IMG/VR virus record: IMGVR_UViG_3300012956_000001
Location: 89,730-153,729 of that record
DNA from: a virus
Taxonomy: Duplodnaviria > Heunggongvirae > Uroviricota > Caudoviricetes
Direction: 5' to 3' (one strand)
DNA length: 64,000 nt
The notes below the pieces were generated by a model. The model was not told the DNA's origin. It searched no databases and saw only the letters and a program-made list of their open reading frames with translations. A program made the position numbers and the translations under genes. Position 1 is the stretch's first letter. The number at the start of each line of letters is the position of its first letter. This document shows positions 62,133 through 64,000 of this stretch, piece after piece.

Positions 62133-64000
62133 ATGGCACCCAAAGAGAGTTACGACATAATCATATCATTTGGAAAGCACAAAGGAAAAAGTCTCGGTCT
62201 AATCTATGACATGGACCCCAGTTACATTCATTGGTTATCAACCAATCCGATGCCCGGTGATTGGACCGAGGCGGCCAAGAGACTACTTGCAGGAACGTCC
62301 ATAGCCGATCTAGCGCTTCCAAAAAGTACCTACAATCAAAAGAAGTTAGATGTACAGATGTGGATGGGCAAGAAAAATGCTATCCACATCTCGTTTGCGT
62401 ATGATAAAGAGTTGCTTGAACGCTTCAAATTTGAGATTGATGGTCGTAAGTGGATGGCCGATGATCGGTGTTGGTCATTTCCAGCGCCACAGGTCATCAA
62501 GGTCGTTGAATTGTTCGGTGGTACATCACAAGTAAATGCAGATGCTGAAGTGAAAAAGTGTTATCGTGAAGAATTGGCTCGTAAAACTCAACTCGATGAG
62601 ATTCGTGTAAAGGAAGATACGCACATTGAAGTTGGGACGAAGTTAGACTTGTATCCGTATCAGCGTGTTGCAGTAGAATTCATTGAACGTGCTGGTGGCC
62701 GAGGCATGGTGGCTGACCAGATGGGGTTGGGTAAGACCGCCACGGCAATTGGTTATGCACATTACAAGAAATTGAAGACGCTTATTGTCTGTCCAAAGTC
62801 GGTTGTCATTAACTGGTCACGAGAAATAGATCGTTTTACTGGCAAAAAGTCAACAATTTGGTCTGGAACTGATAAGATTGGTCGTATTGACGCACAATAC
62901 CACATCATTAACTACGATGTTGTCGAACGACGATCTGAGGAGCTGCGAGCAGCTGGTTTTGATCTATTGGTATGCGATGAAGCGACCTTCCTAAAGAATC
63001 GGCAAACCAAACGAGCTAAGTCGATCCTCGGTGATTACAAACAACGTAAGTTATACCCAGGCATCAAAACCAAACATGTCATTTTTCTCACGGGCACGCC
63101 CGTACTGAATAGACCCATCGAAGCATTTGTGCTCTTAAACTTCTTGGACAAGGAACGATTCAATAATTTCTATCAGTTCACACAAAAGTATGGTGGTTGG
63201 AAGGGTGAAGATCCTCGAAACTTGGACGATCTACACGAACGTACCAAGGAACTGATCATTCGTCGGTTGAAGAAGGATATTCTGACCGAATTGCCGCCCA
63301 AGCAACGTAATGATCTATACGTCGAGTTGTCACCAACTGAAACGAAGGAATATAACGAATTACTGGATAAGCTCTTTCGTAAGTGGCGTAGTTTGGGTAA
63401 GCCGACGATTGCAGAAATGCCAGCAATTCAGAACTATTTAATTGAAAAGAAAATGCCACGGGTTATCGAGATGGTGGATGAGCTTTTGGAACAGGATCGG
63501 GGGGTATTGATCTACTCCTGTTATGTAGAACCCCTTAAGAAGCTCGCCAAGCACTATGGCACGCAATGTGCATTGATTCATGGACAGCTCTCGACTACGG
63601 AACGTCAACGTTCTATCGATTCGTTAAAATCGGGTATGGCGAAGGTAGGCGCCTTTAGTATTGGGGCTGGTGCTATGGGAATTGACGGACTTCAGCATTC
63701 CATTGATACGGTCATTTTCCTTGATCGATGGTGGGTTCCTGCCATCCACGAACAGGCAGAGGACCGACTGTTCCGTATTGGTCAAACAAAGCAGGTTTCT
63801 GCTTATTACATGACCTGTGAGAACACGATTGATGAGTATATGGGTAACATTTTGAAAGAAAAGCAAGAAATGATCGATAAGTTGGTTGATGGCAAGATAT
63901 TGAACTTTACCCCCAGTAAGAGCTTCTTTGGCGAGTTCGTACGGACCATCAAGCGGGAATATGCGAAGAGTTTAAAGGATGTAGATGTGGTCAATGTAGA
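62133..64000 (+). CDS. SNF2-family (SMARCAL1/HARP-like) helicase, 3'-truncated; absent from the ORF track
   Basis: My translation: MAPKESYDIIISFGKHKG...; HARP-like 'HISFAYDKELLERFK..IDGRKW...WSF'; 'LYPYQ...ADQMGLGKT'; 'CDEA'; 'LTGTPVLNRP'; 'EQAEDRLFRIGQ'. The frame is open to the window end. Confidence 0.9.
   Translation, partial: MAPKESYDIIISFGKHKGKSLGLIYDMDPSYIHWLSTNPMPGDWTEAAKRLLAGTSIADLALPKSTYNQKKLDVQMWMGKKNAIHISFAYDKELLERFKFEIDGRKWMADDRCWSFPAPQVIKVVELFGGTSQVNADAEVKKCYREELARKTQLDEIRVKEDTHIEVGTKLDLYPYQRVAVEFIERAGGRGMVADQMGLGKTATAIGYAHYKKLKTLIVCPKSVVINWSREIDRFTGKKSTIWSGTDKIGRIDAQYHIINYDVVERRSEELRAAGFDLLVCDEATFLKNRQTKRAKSILGDYKQRKLYPGIKTKHVIFLTGTPVLNRPIEAFVLLNFLDKERFNNFYQFTQKYGGWKGEDPRNLDDLHERTKELIIRRLKKDILTELPPKQRNDLYVELSPTETKEYNELLDKLFRKWRSLGKPTIAEMPAIQNYLIEKKMPRVIEMVDELLEQDRGVLIYSCYVEPLKKLAKHYGTQCALIHGQLSTTERQRSIDSLKSGMAKVGAFSIGAGAMGIDGLQHSIDTVIFLDRWWVPAIHEQAEDRLFRIGQTKQVSAYYMTCENTIDEYMGNILKEKQEMIDKLVDGKILNFTPSKSFFGEFVRTIKREYAKSLKDVDVVNV

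Noticed and set aside
911-63994. Many short alternative-frame and antisense ORFs in the track (for example 911-1231, 6277-6837, 16200-16676, 32093-32719)
   Set aside because: They lie wholly within long, motif-bearing + strand genes, lack RBSs and recognisable motifs, and look like shadow ORFs.
1-64000. Stop-codon reassignment (as in some large phages)
   Set aside because: Coding density is near complete under code 11, conserved proteins are full-length, and TAA, TGA and TAG (for example the portal stop) all end genes at expected positions.

Overview
A 64-kb slice of a large T4-like myophage genome, almost entirely on the + strand. In order it holds: baseplate genes (gp25- and gp6-like, a large LamG-containing wedge); an inserted block with a CCA-adding/HD enzyme, a minus-strand Toprim protein, an HNH nuclease, a primase and a fused SbcD-SbcC; a first fibre/adhesin cluster; a 1410-aa multi-nucleotidyltransferase; a spanin-like membrane protein; terminase large subunit, ParB-like and DUF5661-like genes; portal, prohead protease, holin-like gene, ribosomal protein bS21, scaffold and major capsid; neck, tail terminator, sheath and tube; a second fibre cluster ending in an S74-chaperone fibre; and a truncated SNF2/HARP helicase. 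No tRNA, rRNA, CRISPR, integrase or transposase was recognised. The main candidate for an undescribed system is a ~40-aa module, V/I-x-NP(E/D/N)T-x4-I/V-x-(T/S)AL-x-Y-x3-(H/K)P-(A/V)-x-K-x-A, found 6 times in 4 unrelated proteins. It closes the CCA enzyme and the Toprim protein. It follows each enzymatic segment of the 1410-aa protein, whose segments are separated by prohead-protease-like L/I-x-E sites. It also exists almost alone right after the capsid gene. Together with capsid-targeting-like N-termini, this suggests tagged, virion-packaged RNA-repair and nucleotide-transfer enzymes. A TA(C/T)TTAT late-promoter-like motif, often embedded in hairpins, precedes most structural blocks. All family assignments come from motif recognition by eye; no database search was run.
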